Shown here in pieces: positions 18,574 through 28,892 of a DNA stretch of 64,000 bases. The notes under the pieces are model-generated. The model was not told where the DNA came from and ran no database searches. It saw only the letters and a program-made list of their open reading frames with translations. Source of the DNA: Candidatus Roizmanbacteria bacterium RIFCSPLOWO2_01_FULL_39_19 (GTDB lineage: Bacteria > Patescibacteriota > Microgenomatia > UBA1406 > HO2-37-13b); assembly GCA_001789725.1 (NCBI GenBank), contig MGAM01000004.1, positions 51,913 through 115,912 of the forward strand, written 5' to 3'. The translations under genes and the position numbers were made by a program. How positions within the stretch are numbered: the stretch's first letter is position 1; each line of letters starts with the position of its first letter.

Positions 18574-19263
18574 ATGTATTTCCTTCAAATAATTATCCTC
18601 TTTGTTATTTCAATCCCGGCTTCGATAATAATTACCTATACAACTATGCCAACTCCCGGCAATGTTACAAAGGTAAACGCTGAAGTTCCAACAATAGCAA
18701 ATAACAAAATAATTAATATTCCAATAACAAATATTCCAACTCCAACTGCAGTTCCCACCAGATCACCAACCAGAATACCAACGCAAGAAGAGCCTGACGG
18801 TCAACAAGAGAGCGCTACCAATAACGATTGGGGAGTGGCCAAACAAATTAGCGAACATACTTATACGATTAAAGTTGATTATGACTCTTCAATGGCAAAC
18901 CCTCAAGACATTCTTAATGCACTAAATTCTTATAGGAGTCAGCATGGCAGAGGATCTTTAAATTGGGACCAACGACTTGCCGATTATGCCAATGGACGAG
19001 CGGGAATTTTTAAGGATATTGGTAATACCGACTCCCATGCTGGATTTGAGAACTTTTTAAATAATGAAGACGGGTTTTCAAAGCTTGGATTTAACCGACT
19101 TGGGGAAAATTCATATTACGGCGGACCGTTAACTGGGACACACTTAATCGAATGGGTATTTGCCCAAAGTCCACAGCACAATGCCAATCAACTTGACAAT
19201 TGGTCATCGGTTGGGATAGGAGTTGTCGGCGGAGGAGTCAACCTAAACTTCGGCGGAAACTAA
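18574..19263 (+). CDS. Membrane-anchored CAP/SCP-like domain protein
   Basis: TM anchor and Pro/Thr linker, followed by LNALNSYRSQHGRGSLNWDQRLADYA...HL.EW..SPQH..N. Confidence 0.5.
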   Translation: MYFLQIIILFVISIPASIIITYTTMPTPGNVTKVNAEVPTIANNKIINIPITNIPTPTAVPTRSPTRIPTQEEPDGQQESATNNDWGVAKQISEHTYTIKVDYDSSMANPQDILNALNSYRSQHGRGSLNWDQRLADYANGRAGIFKDIGNTDSHAGFENFLNNEDGFSKLGFNRLGENSYYGGPLTGTHLIEWVFAQSPQHNANQLDNWSSVGIGVVGGGVNLNFGGN

Positions 19264-20735
19264 ATTTTTTTTGTCGGTTTATAGTCAATCTTCTTTCCCA
19301 ATAATATTCTTGTGTGGGCGTCTAAAGCCGGGAGTGACGAGAGAAAAAATGAAATTACCGGAAGTAGATACCACTGGACAATAAGAAGCGGAATATTTTT
19401 CCAGTCAGTTTTGATTTTGATCTGCCGTCTAACGTGATAATCAAAATAAAGGATTGCAATAAGCATAAGTGAGGATATTGTTAGAATAAATGAGGAGAAT
19501 TTTGGCAGCAAAAAACCCAGCACCGTTCGGCCAAATGCCGGGTTAACCAGAGAGGGGATTGATGCTGATAACGTTAACAAAAAGAAAGATGTTGGCCAAA
19601 AAAGATGAATCTCAATTAAAAATCCAATTTTTTTTAGTTTGATGATCCATGGGATTTGAGGCGTTTCAAAAGCCCTGACCAAAGCGTATGGAATATCGGT
19701 TATTCCCCAGGCCCAACGCCTTTCCTGGGCATATCGACTTTTGAAAGTATTGATAAACCCTTCAGCTCGAACTCCATCTCTGACAATAGGCAAGTATATT
19801 GGAATTGTTCTGATTTTATCCCCGTGGGCAAAAAATGCTTGAAGCTGAATATGCCAGTCTTCAGGAATTATGTCAACGTCCCAAAATCCAACAGAATGAA
19901 GCAGCCAGAGACTTGTCGAGTACGTTGAAATTTGAATAAGATCATCCTTCATCGATAAAAATGAAAGTCTTAAAACTGAACTCAAAATCATCTGAATTCT
20001 GACAGGTAGCCAAAGTTGCCAAAAATGGTTGTAAAGAAGAACTGGCGCCCAGTAAAAATGATACTGTCGGCTCTCATCTCTCAAAAACTCGTAAGTTAAA
20101 TATGACAAATAATGGTGGGGGAGTTGGCTATCAGCATCACAAACTGTCACTAGAATGTTTTTTCGATCAATTTTCTTGTCTTGAAAATATTTGTCGATAA
20201 TTTTTCCAGCATAAGCAGCATTGCTCGCTTTGCCTATCTCCTCGCCAGGTTTTAGAGGATGAAATGTTGTAAACAAATCTCTAAACTCTGTTTTATATTT
20301 GCAAATTAGTTGCCCTGCTCTTGTTTTAGCCGGTTCTCCCTCCAGCTCTTCCATTGCCAGAACAACGATAACTTCTTTGGGGTCAAAACTTTGTTTCACA
20401 AGCTTCTCAAGCGTTTTTGAAACTTTTTCAAATGATTCCTTGCAGTTGACAATCATTACGACATGGTAAACGTTGTCACTGTGTCCAACTTGCTGCATTC
20501 TTTCATGCCAGTCAATCTGTTTTGCCTCCTGCATGATCTTAAACGATACGCCAGCAAAGTAAATTGTTTTTATTGACTTATAAATAAAATAAAGTAAGTA
20601 GGCCATTATAAGATAGGCTGCGACGGCGGGATGGAAAAATGATAGCCAGACAGGCATTGTGATCATTAGAAACGTCATCAGAGGAACGATACGCTCGGCA
20701 ACTCGGTAAAAAATAACAGAACGATTGAAGGGCAT
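19260..20735 (-). CDS. Membrane glycosyltransferase family 2 (processive-synthase-like, QxxRW)
   Basis: Contains VCDADSQLP and QERRWAWG (QxxRW), with flanking TM helices. Confidence 0.7.
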   Translation of the reverse strand: MPFNRSVIFYRVAERIVPLMTFLMITMPVWLSFFHPAVAAYLIMAYLLYFIYKSIKTIYFAGVSFKIMQEAKQIDWHERMQQVGHSDNVYHVVMIVNCKESFEKVSKTLEKLVKQSFDPKEVIVVLAMEELEGEPAKTRAGQLICKYKTEFRDLFTTFHPLKPGEEIGKASNAAYAGKIIDKYFQDKKIDRKNILVTVCDADSQLPHHYLSYLTYEFLRDESRQYHFYWAPVLLYNHFWQLWLPVRIQMILSSVLRLSFLSMKDDLIQISTYSTSLWLLHSVGFWDVDIIPEDWHIQLQAFFAHGDKIRTIPIYLPIVRDGVRAEGFINTFKSRYAQERRWAWGITDIPYALVRAFETPQIPWIIKLKKIGFLIEIHLFWPTSFFLLTLSASIPSLVNPAFGRTVLGFLLPKFSSFILTISSLMLIAILYFDYHVRRQIKIKTDWKNIPLLIVQWYLLPVISFFLSSLPALDAHTRILLGKKIDYKPTKKI

Positions 20736-20741
20736 ATCTTA

Positions 20742-21068
20742 TTATAACAAACTAAAAAGTATAACCAATAGCCCTAACAGAAGACCCAAGTTGATTATAT
20801 TTAAAACGTTAAATGCCCTCAAAAGTATTAGAAAAAATACGAAAACTACCATAATAAATGCATATTTTTTAGGAAAAAAGATATTCACCAATAGCCCAAC
20901 AGTCAATGACACAACGCCTGAAAACAAGACAATAATTAATAAATCAAACGGCGGGAGATAGAACAACATAAGAGTTGTCATTGTAACTCCTAAAAAAAAT
21001 CCTAATAACGGAACGACTTTTAAGGGATTAATTCGTCTCATTAATGCTGATTTTTTCATTAACTTCAT
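20742..21068 (-). CDS. Small hypothetical membrane protein
   Basis: 108-aa hydrophobic ORF directly upstream of the GT2 gene. Confidence 0.35.
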   Translation of the reverse strand: MKLMKKSALMRRINPLKVVPLLGFFLGVTMTTLMLFYLPPFDLLIIVLFSGVVSLTVGLLVNIFFPKKYAFIMVVFVFFLILLRAFNVLNIINLGLLLGLLVILFSLL

Positions 21069-21114
21069 AGTTTAAGTTTAGCAATTAGATACTTAATCGC
21101 CTATACTAAGTGTT

Positions 21115-21900
21115 ATGTCAAAAAACGTGCTTAATTTAATTATTATATTTTCATGCATACTTCTTGTCGCAGCATTTTTCATAAACCCCCCTTTTGGGCA
21201 AAATCAAAACCAAACCAACCAAAACATAATAATAACTCCATTCCCAACTCAACCACTGGCGACGGTAACTCCTGCAAATATCCTCTCAAAACTGGTTTCA
21301 TGCAATAATCCTTACCTACCGTTTCAAAAAGGGAAAAAATATACTTATAGAGTGACATCTACTCCAAAATTAAAAACCGAGAAGCCAATTATATTTACTA
21401 ATACAGTTATCGAAGCATCAGGATCATCGGCAATCGTTGAAACGAAGTTTGCTAAGGACTCAAAAATAAACAAATCAAAAATGACATGTCGTAAGTCGGG
21501 TATTTATGGATTCCCATTTTCCTACATTTTGTTTACCCAATCGGACACCTTTTCTAAACAATTTAATTTGGAAACTACCATCTCATCACTGCTTGAATCA
21601 TTCCTTATTCTTCCCGATCAGTTAACCATAGATAATAAAAAGAGCTGGAGTTATCCTCTTGTATTAGAGAATATTCCAATAAGGTTTATGGTTGAAGGAA
21701 AGGTAAAAAACAATACCGGAAACATTTTAACACTCAGTCAATCAATATCACCAGCCGTTGACTTTGTTAAAACAACTCCTTTATCAAATTCAATTGAAAT
21801 TATAAGTCAATTCAGACTGGGACTTGGAATTGTTGAATATAGACTTAAGGTAAAGGCAGAAAAACCTACAGAAATTGTTATTAAGCTAGACTCTTTCTAA
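21115..21900 (+). CDS. Hypothetical signal-anchored exported protein
   Basis: N-terminal hydrophobic segment. I recognise no family. Confidence 0.4.
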   Translation: MSKNVLNLIIIFSCILLVAAFFINPPFGQNQNQTNQNIIITPFPTQPLATVTPANILSKLVSCNNPYLPFQKGKKYTYRVTSTPKLKTEKPIIFTNTVIEASGSSAIVETKFAKDSKINKSKMTCRKSGIYGFPFSYILFTQSDTFSKQFNLETTISSLLESFLILPDQLTIDNKKSWSYPLVLENIPIRFMVEGKVKNNTGNILTLSQSISPAVDFVKTTPLSNSIEIISQFRLGLGIVEYRLKVKAEKPTEIVIKLDSF

Positions 21901-23994
21901 TTTCATTTTTTCAACTAGATTACCTGGTACTTTTTCATAATGCGAAGGTTCCATATAAGGAATTCCTCTGCCTTCAGTTAACGATCTTACCGTTGTTACG
22001 TAACCCGATAACTCTGAAAGTGGCGCAAAGGCTTTAATAACGGTCGAATGTCCTCTTTTGTCTGTTCCTTGAATTTTCCCCCGCCTTGAGGATAGATCGC
22101 CAATAATTGTTCCCATAAATTCGTCAGGAACAGTAACTTCAACCATCATAATAGGCTCTAGAAGCGAGATGCCTGCTTTTCTGGCGCCGTCAGTTAATGC
22201 CATAGAACCGGCAATTTTAAATGCAATATCTGACGAGTCCACATCGTGATAAGTACCATCATAAAGAGTTACCTGCAAATCGGTCAATGGATATCCAAGC
22301 AAAGCTCCTTTGTCGCGTGCTTCAATCACTCCTTTTTCAACCGACGGGATAAATTCATTAGGTATCGATCCTCCTTTGACAGCGTTAATAAATTTAAATC
22401 CCTCTCCCCGACCAAGTGGTTCGATTTTAAGAAAACAGTGTCCGTATTGTCCTCGACCTCCTGATTGCTTGATGTATTTTCCTTCTGATTCAATAGATCT
22501 GTCTACTGTTTCTCTGTAGGCTACCTGTGGTTTGCCAACAGTCACGTCCATTCCCATCTCTCTTTTCATCCTATCAACGATAATCTCAAGATGAAGTTCC
22601 CCCATTCCCGAAATAATAGTTTGTCCGGTTTCATGATCGGTTTTGGCCTGAAACGTGGGATCCTCGTCTGATAATCTCTGCAGCGAATATGAAAGTTTTT
22701 CTTGATCAGATTTTGTTTTTGGTTCAATGGCAAGAGAGATGACCGGATCAGGAAAAGTAATATTTTCTAGGATAATCTGATCACCTTCGTCAGTTAGTGT
22801 GTCGCCAGTTTTAGTATCTTTTGGCCCAATTAACCCGACAATCTCACCCGCAAAGGCATGTGTTATTTCTTCTCTTTGATTGGCATGCATTAAAAGTAAC
22901 CGACTTATTCGCTCTTTTTGACGTTTAGTAACATTATATACATATGAACCGGCTACTAACTCTCCTGAATAAATTCTTGCGTATGTCAATTTGCCAACAT
23001 GTGGATCAAGCTGAATTTTAAAAGCAAGGGCAGTAAATTTTTCATTACCAACCAATCTTCTTGTTTTTTCTTCCCCGGTTATTGGATCGGTACCTTTGAT
23101 AATCTCCAGATCCACTGGAGACGGAAGGAAATCAACAACAGCATCCAGGACTGGCTGGACACCTTTGTTTCGCAGCGACGTGCCACAATAAACCGGCACA
23201 ACTTTATAAGCAATAACCATTTTTCTAAGTGCTGCTTTTAAGTCGGCAACTGAAATTTCCTCTCCTTTAAAATATTTATCAAGTAGGTTATCATCAGATT
23301 CGGCTATCACTTCAATCATTTTGTCATGATATTCTTGAACCTGGGTTTTGACTTCATCGGGAATTTTTTCAGTTTTTTCAAACTCAATTCCGGTCGCGTC
23401 TTTATTGTCATCCCACATATAAGCCTGCATTGTCAACAAATCAACAACGCCTCTAAACGTTGATTCTTTACCTATTGGAACTACCATAGGTAAAGGCTGA
23501 GCACTAAGTCGCTCAATAATATCTTTTAGAGTGTTCTCAAAACTTGCCCCTAATTTATCCATTTTGTTAACAAAACAAATACGCGGGACTTTATATTTGT
23601 CAGCTTGCCTCCAAACGGTTTCAGACTGGGACTGAACGCCCTCTTCAGCATCAAACACCATAACTGCCCCATCCAGAACTCTTAAAGACCGCTCAACTTC
23701 AGCAGTAAAATCAACATGTCCGGGAGTATCGATAATATTGATTCTGACGTCTCCCCAGAAAGTTGTTGTTGCAGCAGACACGATAGTTATACCACGTTCT
23801 TTCTCCTGTTCCATCCAGTCCATCTGGGTATTGCCTTCATCAATGTCTCCTATTTTATATGAACGTCCAGTGTAGAAGAGAATTCGCTCGGTGGTTGTGG
23901 TCTTACCAGCATCAATATGGGCAATAATTCCGATATTTCGAATTTTATCAAGAGAGACATCACGATTCTTGGTAATAATATTTTGTTGAGTCAT
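21886..23994 (-). CDS. fusA: Elongation factor G
   Basis: Contains AHIDAGKTTTTE, DTPGHVDF and NKMDK over a full-length 702 aa. Confidence 0.97.
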   Translation of the reverse strand: MTQQNIITKNRDVSLDKIRNIGIIAHIDAGKTTTTERILFYTGRSYKIGDIDEGNTQMDWMEQEKERGITIVSAATTTFWGDVRINIIDTPGHVDFTAEVERSLRVLDGAVMVFDAEEGVQSQSETVWRQADKYKVPRICFVNKMDKLGASFENTLKDIIERLSAQPLPMVVPIGKESTFRGVVDLLTMQAYMWDDNKDATGIEFEKTEKIPDEVKTQVQEYHDKMIEVIAESDDNLLDKYFKGEEISVADLKAALRKMVIAYKVVPVYCGTSLRNKGVQPVLDAVVDFLPSPVDLEIIKGTDPITGEEKTRRLVGNEKFTALAFKIQLDPHVGKLTYARIYSGELVAGSYVYNVTKRQKERISRLLLMHANQREEITHAFAGEIVGLIGPKDTKTGDTLTDEGDQIILENITFPDPVISLAIEPKTKSDQEKLSYSLQRLSDEDPTFQAKTDHETGQTIISGMGELHLEIIVDRMKREMGMDVTVGKPQVAYRETVDRSIESEGKYIKQSGGRGQYGHCFLKIEPLGRGEGFKFINAVKGGSIPNEFIPSVEKGVIEARDKGALLGYPLTDLQVTLYDGTYHDVDSSDIAFKIAGSMALTDGARKAGISLLEPIMMVEVTVPDEFMGTIIGDLSSRRGKIQGTDKRGHSTVIKAFAPLSELSGYVTTVRSLTEGRGIPYMEPSHYEKVPGNLVEKMKLERV

Positions 23995-24082
23995 ATAGAA
24001 ATATCAAATTTTAAAGACTAAATATAAAAAATGAATAGTTATAAATTTTGATTTTTGCTTTTTGATTTTTGAATTATTTTTC

Positions 24083-24556
24083 TTACCATCTAAAGTGTGC
24101 AAAGGCTTTGTTAGCTTCGGCTAATTTTTCAACGCTTGTCTTTTTTTCAATTGCCCCACCTATGTTATTATAAGCATCCATAATCTCAGCAAAAAGTTTC
24201 TCATCAAATGAGTGATATTTACTGTTTGGTCTTTTGGCAGCTGCTTCAATAATCCAATTGAAAGCTAAAAATAATTTTCTTTCTTCCCTCGTCTCCGTTG
24301 GAACCAGATATGAAGCTCCGCCTACTCTTCTTGGTTTTACTTCCATACCGGGGGCAGTATTTGATATTGCAGTTTTGATAACATCGATAGCGGTAAAATT
24401 CTTTTCCTCAATTTTTTTCATAACACTATAAATCATTTTACGGGCAATTGATTTTTTACCATCAACCATAATGTAATTAATCAGTTTTGCGACCTCAGAA
24501 CTTCCATAAATTGGGTCTTTGTCGGTTTGTTGTCTTTTATATGATCTTCTTGGCAT
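24083..24556 (-). CDS. rpsG: 30S ribosomal protein S7
   Basis: Contains MPRR...DPIYGS..V.KLIN..M.DGKKS and ends ...AFAHFRW. Confidence 0.95.
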   Translation of the reverse strand: MPRRSYKRQQTDKDPIYGSSEVAKLINYIMVDGKKSIARKMIYSVMKKIEEKNFTAIDVIKTAISNTAPGMEVKPRRVGGASYLVPTETREERKLFLAFNWIIEAAAKRPNSKYHSFDEKLFAEIMDAYNNIGGAIEKKTSVEKLAEANKAFAHFRW

Positions 24557-24569
24557 GATAGTTTATATT

Positions 24570-24989
24570 TTATCTTTTAGTTTTTTCGCGCCTAGCGCCG
24601 TACTTTGAACGTCCGGTTTTTCGTCCTTCAACCCCAGCAGTATCATAGACACCTCTTACAACATGGTATTTCACTCCTGGCAAATCTTTAACTCTTCCCC
24701 CTCTTATCAAAACAACTGAATGCTCGGCAAGTTGATGGCCAATACCGGGTATATACGCTGTTACTTCAAGCCCATTTGATAGTTTAACTCTGGCAACTTT
24801 TCTTAAAGCTGAGTTTGGTTTTTTGGGCGTCATCGTTCGAACCACTGTACAAACCCCCCTTTTAAAGGGTCCAGCATGCTCGGTTTTCCTTCTTTTTAAA
24901 CTGTTAAGGACATACTTCAAAGCAACAGCCTTAGTTTTTTTATCCTTTAGCTTTCTTTTGTGTGTTATTAGTTGGTTTATTGTTGGCAT
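24570..24989 (-). CDS. rpsL: 30S ribosomal protein S12
   Basis: Contains [22 protein letters not shown] and [27 protein letters not shown] chose the ATG at 24987-24989. Confidence 0.95.
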   Translation of the reverse strand: MPTINQLITHKRKLKDKKTKAVALKYVLNSLKRRKTEHAGPFKRGVCTVVRTMTPKKPNSALRKVARVKLSNGLEVTAYIPGIGHQLAEHSVVLIRGGRVKDLPGVKYHVVRGVYDTAGVEGRKTGRSKYGARREKTKR

Positions 24990-24990
24990 A

Positions 24991-27900
24991 TTACTCTTTG
25001 GCAATTACTTGTGACTGATCAAGCGCCTTCTGAATTTCTTCTTCCTCATTGAGAGTCGGTTGGACAACAGTAGCACCGACATCATCGGTAACACTACTGC
25101 TTAACATTTCGTTGGTTCCCAATTCGCTCTTGGGTGAGTCGCCAAAATACTTATCAAGAAGCTCCTCAGTAACTGGAATAAGCCGGCCAATTATAACATT
25201 TTCTTTGAGTCCCAGCAAATTATCAACTTGGCCCTTTATTGAAGCTTGGGTTAATATCGTTGTAGTATTCTGGAAAGATGAGGCTGAAAGCCAAGAATCT
25301 GAAAATGTTGCTGCTCGAGTCACGCCAAGTATTGAAACTCTGCCCACTGCCGGCCTTCCACCTTGGGCTAGAACTTTTTTATTTTCCTTATCAAAACGAT
25401 ATCTAGAGACAACCTCACCAGTTATAAATTTTGTGTCTCCTTCAGATTCAACAACAACCTTATCTGACATTTTACGAATAATAACCTCAAAGTGTTTATC
25501 GTGAATTGGAATTCCCTGAGACTCATAAACCTTCTGGATTTCGTTTAGAAGATAAATTTGGGCTTCTCGTAAGCCTTTAACCATCAATATTTCCTGAATA
25601 TCCAGAAATCCCTCGCTGAGAGAGTATCCAACGGGAACTAATTGGCCATCTTTAACTTTAAGTTTCCTACTTGTTGGCAACATGAATTCTCTTTCTTCTT
25701 TGGTTTTATCAGACGATGTTATCTTAATAACATAAACGTCCTTTTCAGTATTCTCTTTAACTGAAACACTGCCTGCAATATCGGTTATCGGAGACATTAT
25801 TTTAGGCGTTCTTGCTTCAAATAATTCCTCAACTCGAGGAAGACCCTGTGTCACATCGGCCATAACAATTCCTCCAAAATGTCTTACCCGCATTGTCAAC
25901 TGGGTCCCTGGCTCTCCGATTGACTGAGCAGCGGTGATTCCAACTGGTGTTCCAATTTCAACAATCTCTTTTGTTGCCAAATCAACTCCATAGCATAGTT
26001 GGCAACAACCATATTCGGTTTTACAATAGAGTGCAGATCTAATTTCGACTCGCTCCACTTGCATCTCATCTAAAAGATGCATTTTATCTTCACTAATAAG
26101 TTCTCCTTTCTTAAAGAGCACTTTTTTATTTTTCCCAATAATGTCATGAAGAGTAAATCTATTTTTAGCCCTATCAACAAACTTATCAGATCTCTCATCA
26201 TCTCTTGCTACAATCAAACCTTCTTCGACCCCACAATCATGCTCTCTAACGATCATGTCGTGGGATACATCAACAAGACGTCTCGTTAAATATCCAGCAT
26301 CGGCGGTTTTAAGAGCTGAGTCAATAAGTCCCTTTCGGGCACCTCGAGCCGATATAACATATTCAAAGATTGACAATCCCCCCCGATAATTTGATTTAGT
26401 TGGCACTTCAACAATTTTACCCAAGGGGTCAATAACCAATCCTTTCATTGCCGATAACTGTTTTAATTGTTCACGAGAGGCTCTAGCTCCTCCGGAATTC
26501 ATAACAATTTTGATTGGGTTCTCCTCCTCAATTTTTTCCCAGGTGCGATCTGCCATTGTCTCAGTAGTCTCAAGCCAGACATCGTTAGATAATCTCTTTC
26601 GTTCATCCTCAGTAATCAATCCTTGAAGGTAATTTGTCTCTATTTGTTTAACTTTCTCCTCAGCAATCTTCAATAATTCATCCCGCTCCTCAGCAATCAA
26701 ACAATCAAAAATTGAGAGGGACAATCCGCCGGAAATTGTTGATCCCCAGAATCCAAGTTCCTTTAAGTCATCAATAAGTTGCGCAACTCTCTCTTCATTA
26801 TCGACAAATTTAATCGTTGCAGAAACTATGATCTTTTTTAGATCTCCGGCAGTGACCGGCTGGTTGATAAATCTTAAGACTTCGGGCAACCGATCGTTAA
26901 AAAGAATTCTTCCGATTGAAGTTCTTAGAAGCTCGTTGTTAATTCTAGCTATGATAGGTTGCCGAGTTTCAATAAAACCCAAATCAAATGCCATTTTAGC
27001 CTCAACGTCTGATGCGAAATGTTTAAGCTCCTTGTCTTCTTTATCATAATAGTCATGGTTAATAGTTGTAATATAATAACAACCTAAAGCCATATCTTTA
27101 TTTGGAACAACAATCGGGCTTCCATCTGCAGGTTTGAGCAAATTTTTCTGTGGAAGCATTCTTGTTTTCACCTCTTCAATTGATTTGGCAGATAAAGGTA
27201 CAAACACTGCCATCTGATCTCCGTCAAAGTCGGCATTATATCCTTGACACACTGTGGGATGAAGTTTTATTGCATGGTCATCGGTCAATACAGGGTAAAA
27301 TCCTAAAATAGATAATTTATGCAGAGTCGGTGCCCTGTTTAACATAACTGGATGCTGACTAGTGATTTCTTCCAAGATGTCGTAAATGATGGGATCTTTA
27401 GTTTCAAGAAAATTTTTAGCCGACCTAATATTTTGTGCCAAACCTCTAATAATTACTTCATGGAGTAAAAATGGTTTAAACAATTCCAAAGCCATTTCCT
27501 TGGGTAGACCGCATTGATGGAGCTTGAGTTCTGGCCCGCCAATAATTACCGATCGCCCTGAATAATCGACTCTTTTTCCAAGAAGGTTTTGACGAAATCG
27601 CCCTTGTTTACCTTTAAGAACTTCCGATAGCGATTTTAGTTGTTTTGTACGAGTAGTTTTGGCTTTACCGCCCCTGGACTTTGAAAGGTCAATAAGTGAG
27701 TCAACCGCTTCCTGAAGCATTCTTTTTTCATTTCTTAGAATAATTTCAGGTGCCCCCAACTCAATTAAATGCTTGAGTCTGTTGTTTCTATTAATTACCC
27801 TCCTATAAAAATCGTTAAGGTCAGACGTTGCAAATTTTCCACCCGACAATTGTACGACCGGTCTTAAGTCAGGTGGGATGACCGGTAAAACCACCATTAC

Positions 27901-28890
27901 CATCCAACGTGGCGCAACCCCTGATTTTATAAATGACTCAACCAGTCGAGCTTTTTTGAGCATTTTGGTTCTTTTTTCACCTTTTTGTTTGACAAGTTTT
28001 TTAAGAACTTCTTGATATTCTTTCTTCAAGTCTATGCTCCCTAGCGTTTCAAGAAGTACTTCGGATCCCATCCCAACGGTCAAGAAGTCAGAAGCTCCAA
28101 TGTCAGAGAGGTAAAGATGATCTTCCTCTTCAATTGTCTCAAGTGATCCAATTGACTTTACCAATTTATTAAGTCTCTCGAAAAAGACTTGCTTTTCAGT
28201 TTTCCTCTCGTTATATCTCTGACCAAGTGAAGTATAGCGTTCCCTAAATTTGAATTTGGCTTCAGCAATTGTTAGCTCCGCCTGCTCTTTGTTTTTAACT
28301 TTACCGATTATATCCTGCTTAGCTTTTTTTTCTTCTTCTCCAATAAGATCTTTTTGGGCTTTATTCCAAACCTCCACGATGTCAATTTCGGCACGGGCTT
28401 TCTCATCAAGCTTTTTAACTGCCTCGACTCTCTTATCCTCATCAATATGTTTAATTAAATAGAGTGCGTAATAGACAATTCTTTCCAAGTTATTTGAAGT
28501 GATATTAAGAAGCACTGAAAGAGGTGAGGAAGCGCCCTTGAAGTACCATATATGAGCAACAGGGGAAGCTAATTTAATATGTCCCATGCGTTCGCGACGA
28601 ACTACCGACGTCGTCACTTCAACACCACATCTATCACAAACAATCCCCTTATATCGCATTCGTTTATATTTTCCACAATAGCATTCGTAATCTTTTGTCG
28701 GGCCGAAAATTCGCTCATCAAATAAACCATCTTTTTCCGGTTTGAAAGTTCTGTAGTTAATGGTCTCTGGTTTAGTGACCTCCCCATACGACCACGAAGT
28801 AATAATTTCAGGTGAAGCAAGCATTAATTTAATACCAGAGAAATCAACCATTCTGACGATATTACTTTTTTTACTTTGTGATTCTTCCAT
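24991..28890 (-). CDS. rpoC: DNA-directed RNA polymerase subunit beta prime
   Basis: Contains the Zn finger YECYCGKYK...[19 protein letters not shown] and trigger-loop regions over 1299 aa. Confidence 0.97.
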   Translation of the reverse strand: MEESQSKKSNIVRMVDFSGIKLMLASPEIITSWSYGEVTKPETINYRTFKPEKDGLFDERIFGPTKDYECYCGKYKRMRYKGIVCDRCGVEVTTSVVRRERMGHIKLASPVAHIWYFKGASSPLSVLLNITSNNLERIVYYALYLIKHIDEDKRVEAVKKLDEKARAEIDIVEVWNKAQKDLIGEEEKKAKQDIIGKVKNKEQAELTIAEAKFKFRERYTSLGQRYNERKTEKQVFFERLNKLVKSIGSLETIEEEDHLYLSDIGASDFLTVGMGSEVLLETLGSIDLKKEYQEVLKKLVKQKGEKRTKMLKKARLVESFIKSGVAPRWMVMVVLPVIPPDLRPVVQLSGGKFATSDLNDFYRRVINRNNRLKHLIELGAPEIILRNEKRMLQEAVDSLIDLSKSRGGKAKTTRTKQLKSLSEVLKGKQGRFRQNLLGKRVDYSGRSVIIGGPELKLHQCGLPKEMALELFKPFLLHEVIIRGLAQNIRSAKNFLETKDPIIYDILEEITSQHPVMLNRAPTLHKLSILGFYPVLTDDHAIKLHPTVCQGYNADFDGDQMAVFVPLSAKSIEEVKTRMLPQKNLLKPADGSPIVVPNKDMALGCYYITTINHDYYDKEDKELKHFASDVEAKMAFDLGFIETRQPIIARINNELLRTSIGRILFNDRLPEVLRFINQPVTAGDLKKIIVSATIKFVDNEERVAQLIDDLKELGFWGSTISGGLSLSIFDCLIAEERDELLKIAEEKVKQIETNYLQGLITEDERKRLSNDVWLETTETMADRTWEKIEEENPIKIVMNSGGARASREQLKQLSAMKGLVIDPLGKIVEVPTKSNYRGGLSIFEYVISARGARKGLIDSALKTADAGYLTRRLVDVSHDMIVREHDCGVEEGLIVARDDERSDKFVDRAKNRFTLHDIIGKNKKVLFKKGELISEDKMHLLDEMQVERVEIRSALYCKTEYGCCQLCYGVDLATKEIVEIGTPVGITAAQSIGEPGTQLTMRVRHFGGIVMADVTQGLPRVEELFEARTPKIMSPITDIAGSVSVKENTEKDVYVIKITSSDKTKEEREFMLPTSRKLKVKDGQLVPVGYSLSEGFLDIQEILMVKGLREAQIYLLNEIQKVYESQGIPIHDKHFEVIIRKMSDKVVVESEGDTKFITGEVVSRYRFDKENKKVLAQGGRPAVGRVSILGVTRAATFSDSWLSASSFQNTTTILTQASIKGQVDNLLGLKENVIIGRLIPVTEELLDKYFGDSPKSELGTNEMLSSSVTDDVGATVVQPTLNEEEEIQKALDQSQVIAKE

Positions 28891-28892
28891 AA

